A stretch of DNA of 62,034 nucleotides, from NCBI GenBank assembly GCA_013239625.1, contig MU053432.1:1-62034 (forward strand). Reading direction: 5' to 3'. This DNA comes from Lama guanicoe. Its lineage: Eukaryota. Below the pieces are notes generated by a model. The model was not told where the DNA came from. It was given only the letters and a program-made list of their open reading frames with translations, and searched no databases. Position 1 is the first letter of the stretch. Each line of letters opens with the position of its first letter. Positions 1 through 12,723 of this stretch are shown here, one piece after another. Both the position numbers and the translations under genes were made by a program.

Positions 1-374
1 AAAAAAAAAAGAAGCAAGAAATTAGAGTCATTTTTTAAAAAACTGTATTTCCATTTTAGGTAGTATAAACTGATTTCTAGCAAATAAGGTCTGCAACCTC
101 CCTTTCATTTCTTTAATGTATTACTTAGCCTTTGAACTCTTATTTTATTGAATTCATGTTGTTACATTACAGTGTAATCCAAAGCATTTGTGAGGAATTT
201 TCTTCGTCCTTTGTACTATGTTCTCTTCTAGACTGGCTCCTTGTCTTTGAACACTGTGTTTCTGGTTTTCATTTGTTTTGCTGTTGCTCATTCATAGAGG
301 TGAGCTATGCACTCTGCTCATGCTCAGGCAGTCTTTCCTGACCTTTTATATGCTCTGATAAAATAATCACAGCA

Positions 375-612
375 GTATTAATGAACACTTAGCCAAATGG
401 CACTTACCATGTTCCAGTTACTGTTGCAAGGGCTTTCCATATTCACTCATTTAATCCTCACAAGAACACTGAGGTTTTATTACTAATCCATTTTACAGAT
501 GAGAAACTTTAGACATAAAGAGGTTAAGTAACTTGTTCAGGTAACTTGGAAGTAGCAGAGGCAGGTTAGAAACTCGGCATTCTGCTTCCAGCATCCATTT
601 TTCTTAACCACC
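375..612 (-). mobile_element. MIR SINE
   Basis: CATTTAATCCTCACAA…CCATTTTACAGATGAGAAA…AGAGGTTAAGTAACTTG MIR core. Confidence 0.85.
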
Positions 613-1974
613 TTACTTCCTGCCCTTTGTTCTCTACTGAGCTAGAGTTTGAGGGCTGGGTATTTCCTGCTCTGCATACTTTTCCCGTAGCCTGAAGGTA
701 TGGTGGGTAGAGAGGGAGAGCACATCTTAAAGGTGGGGTTTGGAGATGTAACCTACAGTACTAGGCATCGCTCCACCTCGCTGGAGGCTGTATTCCAATC
801 TCCTTAGAATGAGCATCCGTAGCACTTGGACTCCATCCTCTAGTTCATCCTGTGGACCTCACAGCCACTGAAGAGGGTTCACTTACATCTGCTTCACCCA
901 TTTCTCTCCAGCAACCATATCTTCTTCTCTACAGTCAGAGGTATCTCCTTGGTTTCCTTCTCTCTTGATTGAGGGTTGATTAAGAATTCTCAGAATTTTT
1001 AGTGACTCACAGTTATATGACTCCTGGAAAAGGAGGTTAGGAACCTTTCTATGCAAAGCACTTCTTCTAAATGTCAGAATCTTCAATATTATTCCTTATT
1101 TGCCACTTTCTGAAGTTAATGGCACTGCAGTGCACCCTATTCCTTTGTTCGACTGTTGCAGTAAAATATTTTGCTAATTTACATAACTGTGGGGGCAGGG
1201 GGGTTGTTCATTCATTTAATTAGGTAGGTATTAGAGAAAGGAGACTCTGTGAGGCATATTCATGCCACCATCCTGAACCAAATATATATGCCCGTAGGTA
1301 AGCATTCATTGTTTCTTGAAGATCCCAAGTTAGCTAAATTTTATAAATCTGACAGAGGAAATAGGCTCCTACGGGAAAAGATGAAGGAAGAAACATAAAA
1401 CCCTAAAGAGTTAAAATTTTAAAAATCTAAGATGAAGTGGAATTAATCTGGAAAGTAAAGAAAAATGCTTTAACCACTGGGACGACCAGAGCTACTTAGC
1501 CTTTGAGTGAAAAATGTCAGATGCAGAGAAAAAAGGAGCAGGGACAAATTTTCTATTTTTCTGCTTCTCAACATGGTTTGTACTTACCCTTTGTGAGTAT
1601 TAGGTCTTCACAGTGTTAACAGCAGGTTTCAGTAGCTTCACCCAACGAAATATCCAGCAACAGCCTCAGCTGCCTTTCTCCACCCCCGGATGTGATGTAA
1701 GACACCAAGAAACTCCACCCCGAGCCAGCTGGGAGCACATAAGCTTTCTGACCTGTTAGCCCGTGACTGCTAGACAACAAAGGACGGGAAGGAGGGTGCA
1801 GGAGTTAGTGTGCCGCGAAGGGAGCCCCGCTCCTCTGCAAGCCTTGCACAGAAAGGTTAAAGAAAAAAGCAAGGAGTCGCCTGGAAGTTACAGCTGCCTC
1901 ATTTAAGTCGTTTCACCAACAGAACTGAGTGCTGTTAAGACTTATTTATAGGATTAAAAATACCTTAATGTCAC

Positions 1975-2850
1975 AGAGAACTGAAAGAAGATATTTGCAT
2001 AACACATGGCTGATAAAGGATTTATCTCCAGAATATATAAAGAACTTGCAAAACTCATGACTCTTAAAAATAAACCCAGTTTTAAAGAAAAAGATGAGAG
2101 CAAACATGTCACCAAAGAAGTGCTACAAACAAGCACATGAAAAGACGTCCAACATACTAGTCATTAGCGAAATGCAAATTAAAACCACAATGAGACACCA
2201 CTGTATACCTATTAGAACATCTAAAACGTTTTTTAGGTTAATACCAAGTGCTAGCAAGGATGCAGAAGAACTGAAATTCCCAAACACTGCTGGTCTAAAC
2301 ACAAAATAGTACAGCCCCTTTGGAAAATGGTCAGGCAGTTTCTTTAAAAATCAAACGTACATTTACAATAAGATCCAGCATTCCCAGTCCTATGTATTTA
2401 CCCAAAAGAAATAAAAACTTGTCTTCACATAAATACCTATATTCAAATATTTATAGCACCTCTATTCATAATCACCAAAACCCGGCCGATATCCAACTGA
2501 GGAATGGATAAACAAAACGTGATGTATACATCCCACAGAATGGGATAACATGCAGAAATACAAAGAAATAAACCACTGATACACAGGACTACAAAAATGA
2601 ATCTCAAATGCATTGTGCTAAATTAAGGAGGCCAGACTCAAGTCCACACTGTGTGATTCCATTTATGAAAGCAAAACTATAGGGGTGATAAATAGATCAG
2701 TGGTTGCCAGGAGCTGGGGCACCGGTTGGGTGGGAGAGGACTATGAAGACGCAGTATGAGGTGATGATGTAAGTCTTCTTTGTGGTGATGTAACTTTTCT
2801 AAACCTTGATTGAGATGGTTATTATACGCATTTATCCAAGCTCCTAACAC
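1975..2850 (+). mobile_element. Old L1 (L1M-type) ORF2 end and 3'UTR
   Basis: Degenerate ORF2 C-terminal peptide (…ISEMQIKTTMRHH…) followed by typical L1M 3'UTR. Confidence 0.85.
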
Positions 2851-3303
2851 TACACACTACCGGGGTGACAATCTGGCACAGTGTGACTGGGTTCTCTGCT
2901 CAGGGCCCCACCAGGCCGAAGTGAAGGTGTCAGCTGGCCCGGGCTTTTCTGGAGGCTCTGAGGGAAGATCCGTTTCTAAGACCATACAAGTTACTGGCAG
3001 AATTCAGTTCAATGCAGTTGTGGGGCCGAGGTCATTTCCTTGCTGGCTGTCGGCCAGAGGTTGTCCTCAGCTTCTAAAGGCTGCCACATTCCTTGGCTCA
3101 TGCCCTCCACATCTTCAAAGCCAGCAACAATAGATCAAGTCCTCTCCATGCTTTGAATCTGACATCCTCTTCTGCACCATCTCTGTAATTTATTCTACCC
3201 TCAGCCAGGGGAAAGCTCTTCTTCTAAGAGTTCATGTGATTACTTTGGGCCTGCCCAGATAATCCAGGATGATCTATTTTAAAGTCAACTGCTTGGTAAC
3301 CTT

Positions 3304-3682
3304 TTTTTTTTNNNNNNNNNNNNNNNNNNNNNNNNNNNNNNNNNNNNNNNNNNNNNNNNNNNNNNNNNNNNNNNNNNNNNNNNNNNNNNNNNNNNNNNNN
3401 NNNNNNNNNNNNNNNNNNNNNNNNNNNNNNNNNNNNNNNNNNNNNNNNNNNNNNNNNNNNNNNNNNNNNNNNNNNNNNNNNNNNNNNNNNNNNNTCCATG
3501 TCTTGGCTATTGTAAATAGTGCTGCTATGAACATTGGGGTGCAGGTGTCATTTTGAAGTAGGGCTCCTTCTGGATATATGCCCAGGAGCAGGATTCCTGG
3601 GTCATATGGTAAGTCTATTCCTAGTCTTTTGAGGAATCTCCATACTGTTTTCCACAGTGGCTGCACCAAACTGCATTCCCAC
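3304..3682 (-). mobile_element. Young 5'-truncated L1 spanning an assembly gap
   Basis: ORF2 C-terminal peptide [23 protein letters not shown]…CTPMFIAALFTIAKTW; poly(T) up to 3311; exact 18-bp flanking repeat CAACTGCTTGGTAACCTT at 3286-3303 and 3683-3700. Confidence 0.93.
3312..3494. other. Assembly gap (183 N)
   Basis: Run of N. Confidence 1.
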
Positions 3683-4129
3683 CAACTGCTTGGTAACCTT
3701 AATTACATCCATTTTGCCACATAACATATTCACAGGCATGACCCCAGGGGCAAAGGTCATGGGGGCCAAAACTCTGCCCACCACATAGATTTTAAACAAT
3801 GACCTAATATACACACATATAAATGAAACAAAAGGTAAAATATTTACCTTTCACTCAGTTCAACACTTTGACACTTTTAATATATTAAAAGGCCAGTGTC
3901 AACATCCTATACTGATTACATGTCCCATTAATGAGATGCAACCTCTAAGTTTATCTTGAGAAAAAGGCCTGCATGCCCTTTTAAATTCTAATCTGAAACA
4001 ACGGGAGACCCATGGAAGGGCATCAGGGGCCTGTGTAACCCCTGAAATTATTTATCTGGGACTAACCAAGCAGAAGGAAAACAAACTCACCTCGGGGACA
4101 GTTTGCAGGTATCTCCCCAGTGCTACTAC

Positions 4130-5050
4130 AGGCTGTCAAGGTCATGAAAAGTGAGAAAAGACTGAGAAACTGTCACATAACAGAGAAGACTGGGGAGACA
4201 TGACAAGTAAATGCAATGTAACAGATTGGATCTAAGAACAGAAAAAGAATAATGAGAAAATTGGAGAAATCCAAAAAGTCTGGAGTTTAATTAACAGGGA
4301 TATAAGTTTTAGTTTCTTAGTTTTGACAAATGCACCTGGAGACGTAAGATGTTAACAGTGGGGAACTGGGTGAAGGGTATACGAGACCTCTGTATTCTGT
4401 TTGCAGCTTTTCCGTAAATCAGTATTATTCTTAAAGGAAATTTACTTATAAAACATTACAAGACTGAGTACCTGTACATTTTCCTAGGAAGATTTATAGA
4501 TTTTACACCCTCCATCCATGATCCAAAAATACTTAAGACCCACTGTTCAAAGCTTCCGCTGCTTTCCTTAACCACTCCTAAGTATTGTCTCCTTTCTGCT
4601 ATGTCACCTACACCTTCCCTCAAAAAACAAAATTTAGCCAGGGCCTGGGGAAGGGGAGGTGAGGGGAGATGTTTAATGGGTTCAGTTTCAGTGCAGGAAG
4701 ATGAAAAATGTTCTGGAGATGGGTAATGGTGATAACAATAATACTTAATGCCACAAAACTGTACACTTAAAAGTGGTTAAAACGGTAAATTTTATGTTAT
4801 ATATATTTTACTGCAAGTTAAAAAATAAAGGAATGGGTACTGATATATGCTATAACATAAACCTTAAAAACATTATCTGAGTGAGAGAAGCCAGACACAA
4901 AATACCACCCATAATTCCATTAACAATGTTATAAAATTGACTGCACCAGGAGTTGTACACATCTGTGAATATACTAAGAACTACTGAAGTGTAGACTTAA
5001 AATGGGTAAATTGTGTGGTCGGTGAATTACATCTCAATAAAGCTGCTAAA
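4130..5050 (+). mobile_element. Old L1M (L1MC/L1MB-like) 3'UTR fragments
   Basis: Recognisable L1M 3' motifs (GTTCTGGAGATG, CACTTAAAA.TGG, ATCTCAATAAAGCTG); unassigned spacer at ~4450-4640. Confidence 0.7.
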
Positions 5051-5299
5051 AATTTTTCACTGATTTTAAATACAGGATCACATTTACTTGACCTCTGGAG
5101 ACCTTAAGTGGCACCTCGTAAATTCTGGAACCACATTCTGCTGATGTGCTTAAAGAAAATAAAATAAAATAAAAAGGAACAAATGAATGGAAGACCGAGG
5201 CTTACGACGGCTGGCAGGGAAGATGAGAAGCATCTGTGACTAGGTGTGGCGTCGCTCCAACCATGGGGGCAAGAACAAGGCGAGACTGTAAAACACACT

Positions 5300-5608
5300 A
5301 GGCTGAAGTTGCCAGATGCCTTTGTTCGGTCCTGATGATTCATGAAGCCACCTACACAAACCACGCTCTGTACCTCTACCGCAAGGAGCAGCAGCTGTGA
5401 TCCAGGCCAAAAACGGAAGACACGGCAGGGGAAGGCCTTGCAGAGAAAAGGTAACCGGTGAATCTCCGCGTATCCAGGCTCAGGTGAAGGTAGGACAGGA
5501 AAAGGGTGCACGTACAGGATTCCAAAGACTGTTCTTCAAAGCGGAGGCCTGCGGAGGTCCTGGCTGAAGGATGCAGGTGCAGGCTCACAAAACTGCCCAG
5601 CCCAGCAG
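5300..5608 (-). other. POLE4: POLE4 3'UTR (3' end approximate)
   Basis: Non-repetitive sequence after the stop codon, ending near AACAAA (5326-5321) and a downstream GU-rich element (5298-5290). Confidence 0.7.
5321..5326 (-). terminator. Candidate POLE4 polyadenylation signal, variant AACAAA
   Basis: AACAAA followed ~25 nt later by GTGTGTTTT. No AATAAA seen on the minus strand between the stop codon and ~3194. Confidence 0.5.
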
Positions 5609-5622
5609 TCAATCCAAAGTCC
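5609..5622 (-). CDS. POLE4: POLE4 coding exon 4 (GTLD-stop)
   Basis: TTTCTAG|GG ACT TTG GAT TGA completes ...FLEGTLD*, the known POLE4 C-terminus. Total CDS 207+85+42+14 = 348 nt = 115 aa + stop. Confidence 0.93.
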
Positions 5623-6376
5623 CTAGAAACACAAAGAGCAATGTTTAAAGCAACACGCATCAAGAGCTGGACAGTGTAAGCCAAGTGGGCAAAGTGAAGG
5701 GGAAGCTACTTTGGTATTGGTGGTTCTTCTAAGACCAAAATACTCATTTTGAGGAACAGCCATCCAAAAGATCCTTGGGGGAAAACATGTCATTGCAGAG
5801 GGTGGGCAGCTGGGTCTGGGAGCGTTCGAATTAGAGGTGGGGAAAGGGCTAAGAAGCTGTTGTGTCAAACAGTGGGCATCTGTGGAGACCACACAAGGGG
5901 TGAGTGATACAAAATAAATGAGGGAAGTTCTCTAAGCAGAGTTTATAAACTTTGGAAAAAGTTTCAGTTCAAGATGGGAGGCTGAACCCACAAGTCTGTA
6001 TGACCTCCCATGAAAGGAAAAAAAATCTTTTAAAAGGTATATAAATCTACAATAAAGAATGGGGGCCCATCAGCAGTTAACAGCGTTCAACAAAAAGCTG
6101 AATGATAGAAATCAGACTGAAGTACGTTTATAAATAAAGCGGAGGAAAATGAGCCTCAAATAAACACAGAGGGGACTGCAGCAGAGATGGGGGCCCATCT
6201 ACCCAGGAAATTCACGAGGAGGCTCAAGACTCAAGACACCAAAAATGACAGAGACGCAAGGCCAAAATGAATAATGACTCAAGTGTCTGTATGAGAAACA
6301 GTTGACCCCATCTCACCATAACCCTCCCCGCATGCAGCCCTACCAGAAAACAAGCCTTTAAACTAAACCTAACTTT

Positions 6377-6483
6377 GGGGGGAAGGTGTAGCTCAATGGC
6401 AGAGTGAGTGCTTAGTATGTACAAGGTCCTGGGTTCAATCCCCAGTACCTCCATTTAAAATAAAATAATGTAAACAAACAAAC
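6377..6483 (+). mobile_element. tRNA-derived SINE (camelid Vic-1-like)
   Basis: Pol III A box (TAGCTCAATGG) and B box (GGTTCAATCC), A-rich tail, 16-bp TSD AAACTAAACCTAACTT at 6360-6375 and 6484-6499. Confidence 0.9.
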
Positions 6484-8819
6484 AAACTAAACCTAACTTG
6501 AAAACCAAATCAGAGGGCTCTCTTCTAAAGAACTAAATGAATTATCCGGAGAACCAGAGCAGCTTCTGAAAACTGCAGCACCCCGCAGTCAAGTTTTCCA
6601 CATTCTAGCATTTGGAGGCTCCCAATGTAACATCTGGCCCCATCCCAGCCACACTAAGGTAAAATCACAAGACAAAATTCACTCTCCATACATACACAGC
6701 TTCCAAACAAACAGCGTTCTTATTCCCTCATTCTAAAATAGAATAAAAATTATAAGGCATTTGAAGAAAGTCTATTGAGGACAAGGAGAGACTAAAACTT
6801 ACTTAAAACTAAAAAAACAAACAAACAAAAACCCTAGAATAATTCAGGGGAAAAAAAAAAAAACAGAACTAAATTAAACAACAAACCAAAACAGAAATAC
6901 CTCAACAAACGTTTTAATAGTCCCTGCTTCTGATAATGGCAAATTCCTGCTGAGACCAACTGATACAGCTGATTAAAATATTTTTAAAAAGAAAAATCCT
7001 TCAGGCATTAAAGAGGCCTCAAGGAAAGGCAAATGCAAAATCTGGAGAAGGTAACGCAACACAAAGAAAACCCAACCTTGGAAACTGCTTTTAACCCGAG
7101 GGAATCTGCCAATCCAAAAGAAAGCTCAAGAAATTGTGCTGTGATTTTGGCAGGCTGAGCAAATCAAGAGTCAAATCAGAGAATGTGCTCAAGTAAGAAG
7201 TTCTGATTAACTGCCCCCTTTTTAAAAGCTGGATTCCCAAAAGGCTACACCCTCAGAGTAAGGTAGAGCTAGAATTAAATGACCCCCTCACAGACCTGCC
7301 ATCGGGGTTTTTTTTATCATCACAATGATAAAGGAATCCTCAAGTCCTGGATTTGCAAAGGAGGTCCTGCACTGATACATGCCCCGAGGTGCCTTGCAGA
7401 AGCAAATGAGCACCTTGTTTGGAGAAAGGTCTCATTATGCAGGCCTCAAATTATCCAACAAATTATTTTTTCAAATACAGTGAAAAATATACCAAGATAA
7501 CTAGGCATACAGGGAAAGAAAGACCATGAGACAATACCAACAGAAACAACAGAGAGAAAAATAAATCAATCAACCAACCTTAAAAGGCTTTGGACATTAG
7601 CTTGGACACAGACTATAAACAATTGTACCTGTTATGTTTAAGAAAATACAAGCCTTAGAACATGTGCAGCAAATACAAATAATAAAAAAATGACAAAATA
7701 GATTTGAAAACTAAACGAAATTCACAAAAACTGAAAAATACAAAAACAAGGACTGAAACTAATAAATCAACAGGAAAAGATTAAAGGAGACAAGACCACA
7801 GAAGAGAGATAATAAACTGGAAGGTCAGAAAAATTACACAGAATGTGTCATGGAAAGGCAAAATTATGGTTGACTTTTAGCATATTTTAATAGGAATCCA
7901 AGAGAGAAGGAACAAAACAGAGTCAACATCTGAAAAGATACTGGCTGAGACCTCTCCAGGACAGACGAAAGCCATCAATCCATAGATTTAAGAAACCTAA
8001 GCAGACTACGGAAAAGCGAATCAACACCTAAATACATCAGAGTGAAGCTACAGAAAAAAATCAAAGACAGAAAAATCTTAAAAGCAGACAGAAAAAAGGG
8101 GAACAAATTAGCTTCAACAGAAACAACAGAAGCCAAAAAAAGAGAAGAATGATCACTTCGATGTGCTAAAAGAAATAGAGTTTCACCTAGAATTCTATAT
8201 TCAGCAAAAATATCTTTAAATAAAGAAAATAAAAGGTTTTCACACACACACAAAAAAAGTAGAGTTTGCTACCAGCAGATCCTGTAAAACCAAGGATTTA
8301 CATCACAAAGAAAGAAAGTGATCAAAAATGGAGAAGAAACATAAAAAAGGAAAGAGGAGCAAAGACAGCATAAACATGTGGTTAAGTTCACACAACATCG
8401 CCAGTATACTACAGCGGTAATAATGCCTTACGTGGGTTGAGAAAGACAACATAAAACGGGTAACAGTAACAGCATGAGTCGGGGATGAGGGACTTGTAAA
8501 TTGAGCTCATTGAATTCTAAGATCCCATTTTGCTGAGGATGAAGGGAAAGGTACCAACACTAGGCTCTCACACATTAAGGATGCATGTAGTACCAATTTT
8601 TTAAAAACTAGAATGTAGAAAGTTCAAATTGATAAGAGTTAAAAACGGAATGAATTATCCTCAAAAAAAAGGCAAAAAAAAAACCCATAAAACAAGGACA
8701 AATAGAAAGCACAAAATAAGAGGATGCATTTATACATCATTAATTACACTAAATGACAATGAATTAAGTGCTTCACTTAGAGATAATCAGTCCAAAATTT
8801 TAAAAATAATCTAATTATG

Positions 8820-11375
8820 AGAGAGGGAATCAAGACAGTTGAATAGGAGGACAAAGAGCTCACCTCCCCTCAACAACACATCAAAAATACATCTACATGT
8901 AGAGAAATCCTCACTGAGCACTAACTGGAGACTCGCAGAAAGATGCCTGTAACACCAAGGCTGTAGAAAGGCTCCACAGACAGCTGGGTAGGAAGGGATG
9001 AGAAGCAGTCAGGTCAGGACCCGCACCTAGCAGGGGGCACAGAGCAGGAGGGGGGTTATGCTGGCTTAGAGCCCCACCCTGGGTAGTGAGCAGTCTGCAT
9101 CACACCACGGGCACCCCAGCTCTGGGGTCCAACCACGGAGGATGAGGCCCCTCAGCTGGTTTGAAATTCACTGGGACAGACAGCATGACTGTTAAGAAAT
9201 GTAGACTCCACGAGTGAAGGGCACTTACACGCTTGCTAATTCCTGGAACAAGGCAGAGGAAGCCGCCTGCAACTGCCCAGCATTCTAGCTGATTTCCTGT
9301 GACCACGCAGTGCATGCCCCGGCCCGCCGTGCTCCAGAGCCGCTCCACCCTAGGGCAACGGATGCTGCAGCTGAGGAGAGCGCCTGCCGGTGAGGGACAG
9401 AGCTGGCGGTCACAGGGCTGCAATCAGGAGTGATCTGGAGCTCCAGCTGCTGTCAGGACCACGCCAGAGAGCACCCCAGCCGACACCAAGTGCCCACTCC
9501 AGCCCCTCTTGCTCTGCAGCACTGTTCGCCACTAGGGCAAAGGCTAATGTTGCCGAGAAAAGTACAGAGTTGTGGAGGACAGAGCTGACTGAAGCCTGGC
9601 AGAGCATCCAAATGGGGAAAGAGCACCCATTACTATTGATCATGGGGCAGCAGATCAAGAGCAGTCTGTAGCTGACTGGTGCTGGGACCACCCAAGCATG
9701 GGCCCCAGCCTCCACGGGGAGCCCAATCCAGTTCTCGGGTTCCAGCACGTCTCCCTTCTGGGGCAAAGGTGCCAACGCTGGGAGGGGCAAGAGCACACAC
9801 TCAAAGAGAACAGAATCAGCTCACACCCTACTCTCAGGGCTTTTGCTCCAACAATTTAAGATGTGACACAACCCCTAACAGGGTGGTGCTGGCAACTGAG
9901 CAACAGAGAAGACCTGGCTCACACCTGCCTCTGGCTCTCGCCGCTCCACGTCCAGCCTGCCCTCCTACGAAGATGACAGCTGCCAGCACCCCCTGCAGGA
10001 AGAGGTGACTCTTGTTCATTTCAGATCCAGCTCTCCCACCAAAGCCACAGGCCACACGCGGACTGTATAAAGATGCTCCGGGGGAGGGTATAGCTCAAAT
10101 GGTAGAGCGCATGCTCAGCAAGCCTGAGGTCCTGGGTTCAATTCCCAGTACTGCCTCTAAAAAATAAATATATAAGTAAGTAAACCTAATTACCACCCCC
10201 CCAAAATGTAAAGATGCTCCCACACGAGCACACCCCTTTAAGACCGGGACAGGTAACTGTTTCATCTAATTTCACAGAGATAAAGTTAAGCAAAATGAGA
10301 AGACAGAGGTATTTCTTTAAAATGAAAGAACAAGGTAAAAAACCCTGAAAAAAACAAGTAATGAAACAGAATATTTACCAGACAAAAAAAGAGTTCAAAG
10401 CTTTAGTACCAAGAATGCTACCTAAACTAGGGAACAGAAAAGATGAACACAGTGAAAATTTTAACAATAGGAAATATAAAAAAGAACCAGTCAGAACTGA
10501 AAAATAAAATACACGACATGAAAAACACACTAAAAGGAATTAACCAACTAGGTGACAAAGAACACGTAAGTGATCTGGAAGACAGAACAACGGAAATCAC
10601 CCAATTAGAACAGCAAAAAGAAAACAAATTTAAAAAAAATGGTAACAGTAAAAGGGACTCTGCGACAGCAAGCGTATCAACATTCACATTATAGAGAGTC
10701 CCAGGAAGAGAAGAGAGAAAGGGGGATAAAAATGTATTTGATGAAATTATTGCTGAAACTTCCCAAACTTGAAGAAGGAAATATATTCAAGAAGAGGAGG
10801 CACAGAGGGTTCCAAAAGCAACGAACCCAAAGAGCCCCACAACAAGACATATTATAACAGCAAAAGTTAAAGAGAGAATTCAAAAGGCAGCAAGAGAAAA
10901 ATAAAGAGTCATATACAAAGGAACCCCCATAAGGCTAACAGCTGATTTTACTGGAGATCGTCATTCTAAGTGAAATAAGCCAGAAAGAGAAAGAAAAATA
11001 CCACATGATATCACTCATACGTGGGGTCTAAAAAAAACAAAAAAAGAAGATACTAATGAACTTATCTACAAAACAGAAACAGACTCCTAAGTAAATAAAC
11101 CTATGGTTACCAGGGGAAAAGGGGTAGGAAGGGATAAATTGGGAGTTTGAGAATTTCTAATACTAACTACTATATATAAAATAGATTAAAGAAAATTCTT
11201 CTGTATTACAGCACAGGAAACTATATTCAATATCTTATAGTAATTTGTTATGAAAATGAATATATATTTATGTATGACTGAAACATTATGTTGTACACCA
11301 GAAATTGACAAATTGTAAATTACTATACTTCAATAGAAAAAATTAAGTAAAAATTAGCTAATATATATAAAAAAA
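8820..11375 (+). mobile_element. Younger L1: 5'UTR plus partial ORF1 joined directly to an L1 3' end
   Basis: GC-rich 5'UTR (8820-10290), ORF1 coiled-coil peptide (…NQSELKNKIHDMKNTLKGIN…VSDLEDRTTEITQLEQQKE), then an abrupt switch at ~10950 to the ORF2 terminus/3'UTR and A-tail. Confidence 0.85.
10080..10208 (+). mobile_element. tRNA-derived SINE inserted in an L1 5'UTR
   Basis: A/B boxes; 12-bp TSD TAAAGATGCTCC at 10068-10079 and 10209-10220. Confidence 0.92.
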
Positions 11376-12508
11376 GAATACTGTGAAGAACTTCACATCA
11401 ATAAATTTGAAAATTACATGAAATGTACAAATTCCTAGAAAACCTACAACACTTCAGGGGTTAAAAAATTGTGTCAAGAAAATAAAACAGGAATGGTCCT
11501 AAAACCATTCAAAAAATTGAATCAGTAATCAAAAATCTTCCCACAAAAATTCCAGGCCCAGATGGCTTCACTGGTGAATTCCATCAAATATTCAGGAAGA
11601 AATAATTCCAATCTTACAGTTTTCTAGAGATCAGACAATATAAAAAGGGCACCCTCTCCAACTAATTTATGTAAGGCTTACATTCAATACCAAAAAAATG
11701 CCAATCTCTTTAAACAAGTGACGCAGCATTTGCAATCAGTTAAAATTAATCTACAAAAAGCCTATAGTAGGTATGATTAATGGGGAAACGCTGAAAGCTT
11801 TCCCTTTGAAATCAAGATGCCTGCCATCAGCACTTCTATCCAACACAGTGTTGGCAATTCTAGCCAAGGAAAAAGAAAAAGATAAGGATTGGGAAGAACT
11901 TCACGAAAGTGTCATTATTGGCGGGTATTACTGCTTAATTAAAGAAATCTAAAACAATTAATGGATAAATCATTAGAATTAATTAGAATTCAGCAAGATG
12001 CTAGATACAAAATTAAAATATAAAATCAAGTATATTTCTATATACTAACAACATTTAAATGATTTTAAGAAAAATACCAATAACAGCATATTAAGCACTT
12101 AAAGGAAAGCATCTAAAAAATGTCAAGATTTCTTGAAAGATCTCTAAAAAAAGATTTATTTTAAAATTTATTTAAAATTTTATTTTAAAAACAAAAGATC
12201 TAAATAAATGGAGAAATGTACCATGTTTATGAACTAGAAGATTCACTATTGTAAAGATATGATTTCACCCACTAAGTAATCTACACATTCAATGCAATCT
12301 CAATCAATAACCCTTCTTGTGGAATTTGACAAGCTGATTCTAAAATGTACAGGAAAATGCAAAGAATCAAAAATCACCAAGACACTTAAAAGAACAAGGT
12401 GGGGAGATCTGCTCTCTCAGACAAAATAATTCAGACAGTGTGGTACTGACATGGGAATAGACAAAACAAATCAATAGGAGAGAAACAGCCCAGAAATAGC
12501 CTTGATTT

Positions 12509-12723
12509 TTTTGTTTGTTTGTTTAGCTGAAGTACAGTTGATTTTCAATGTTGTGTTAGTTTCTGGTGTACAGCACAGTGATTCATTCACACATATATTA
12601 TACATATTCTTTTTCATGTTCCTTTTCATTATAGGGCTATTACAAGGTATTGAATATAGTTCCCTGTGCTCTACCATAGGGCCTTGTTGTTTATCTATTT
12701 TATATATAGTAGTTATATATCGT
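12509..12723 (-). mobile_element. 5'-truncated L1 3' end
   Basis: Antisense L1 3' terminus; TSD AAA(T/C)AGCCTTGATTT at 12494-12508 and 12724-12738. Confidence 0.9.

Larger units (their letters stand above)
2851..3785 (-). mobile_element. MaLR LTR (MLT1-like), split by a younger L1
   Basis: Typical antisense MLT1 text (AAGGTGTCAGC…GGAGGCTCT…GGCAGAATTCAGTTC…GATAATCCAGGAT…TAACATATTCACAGG). Confidence 0.75.
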
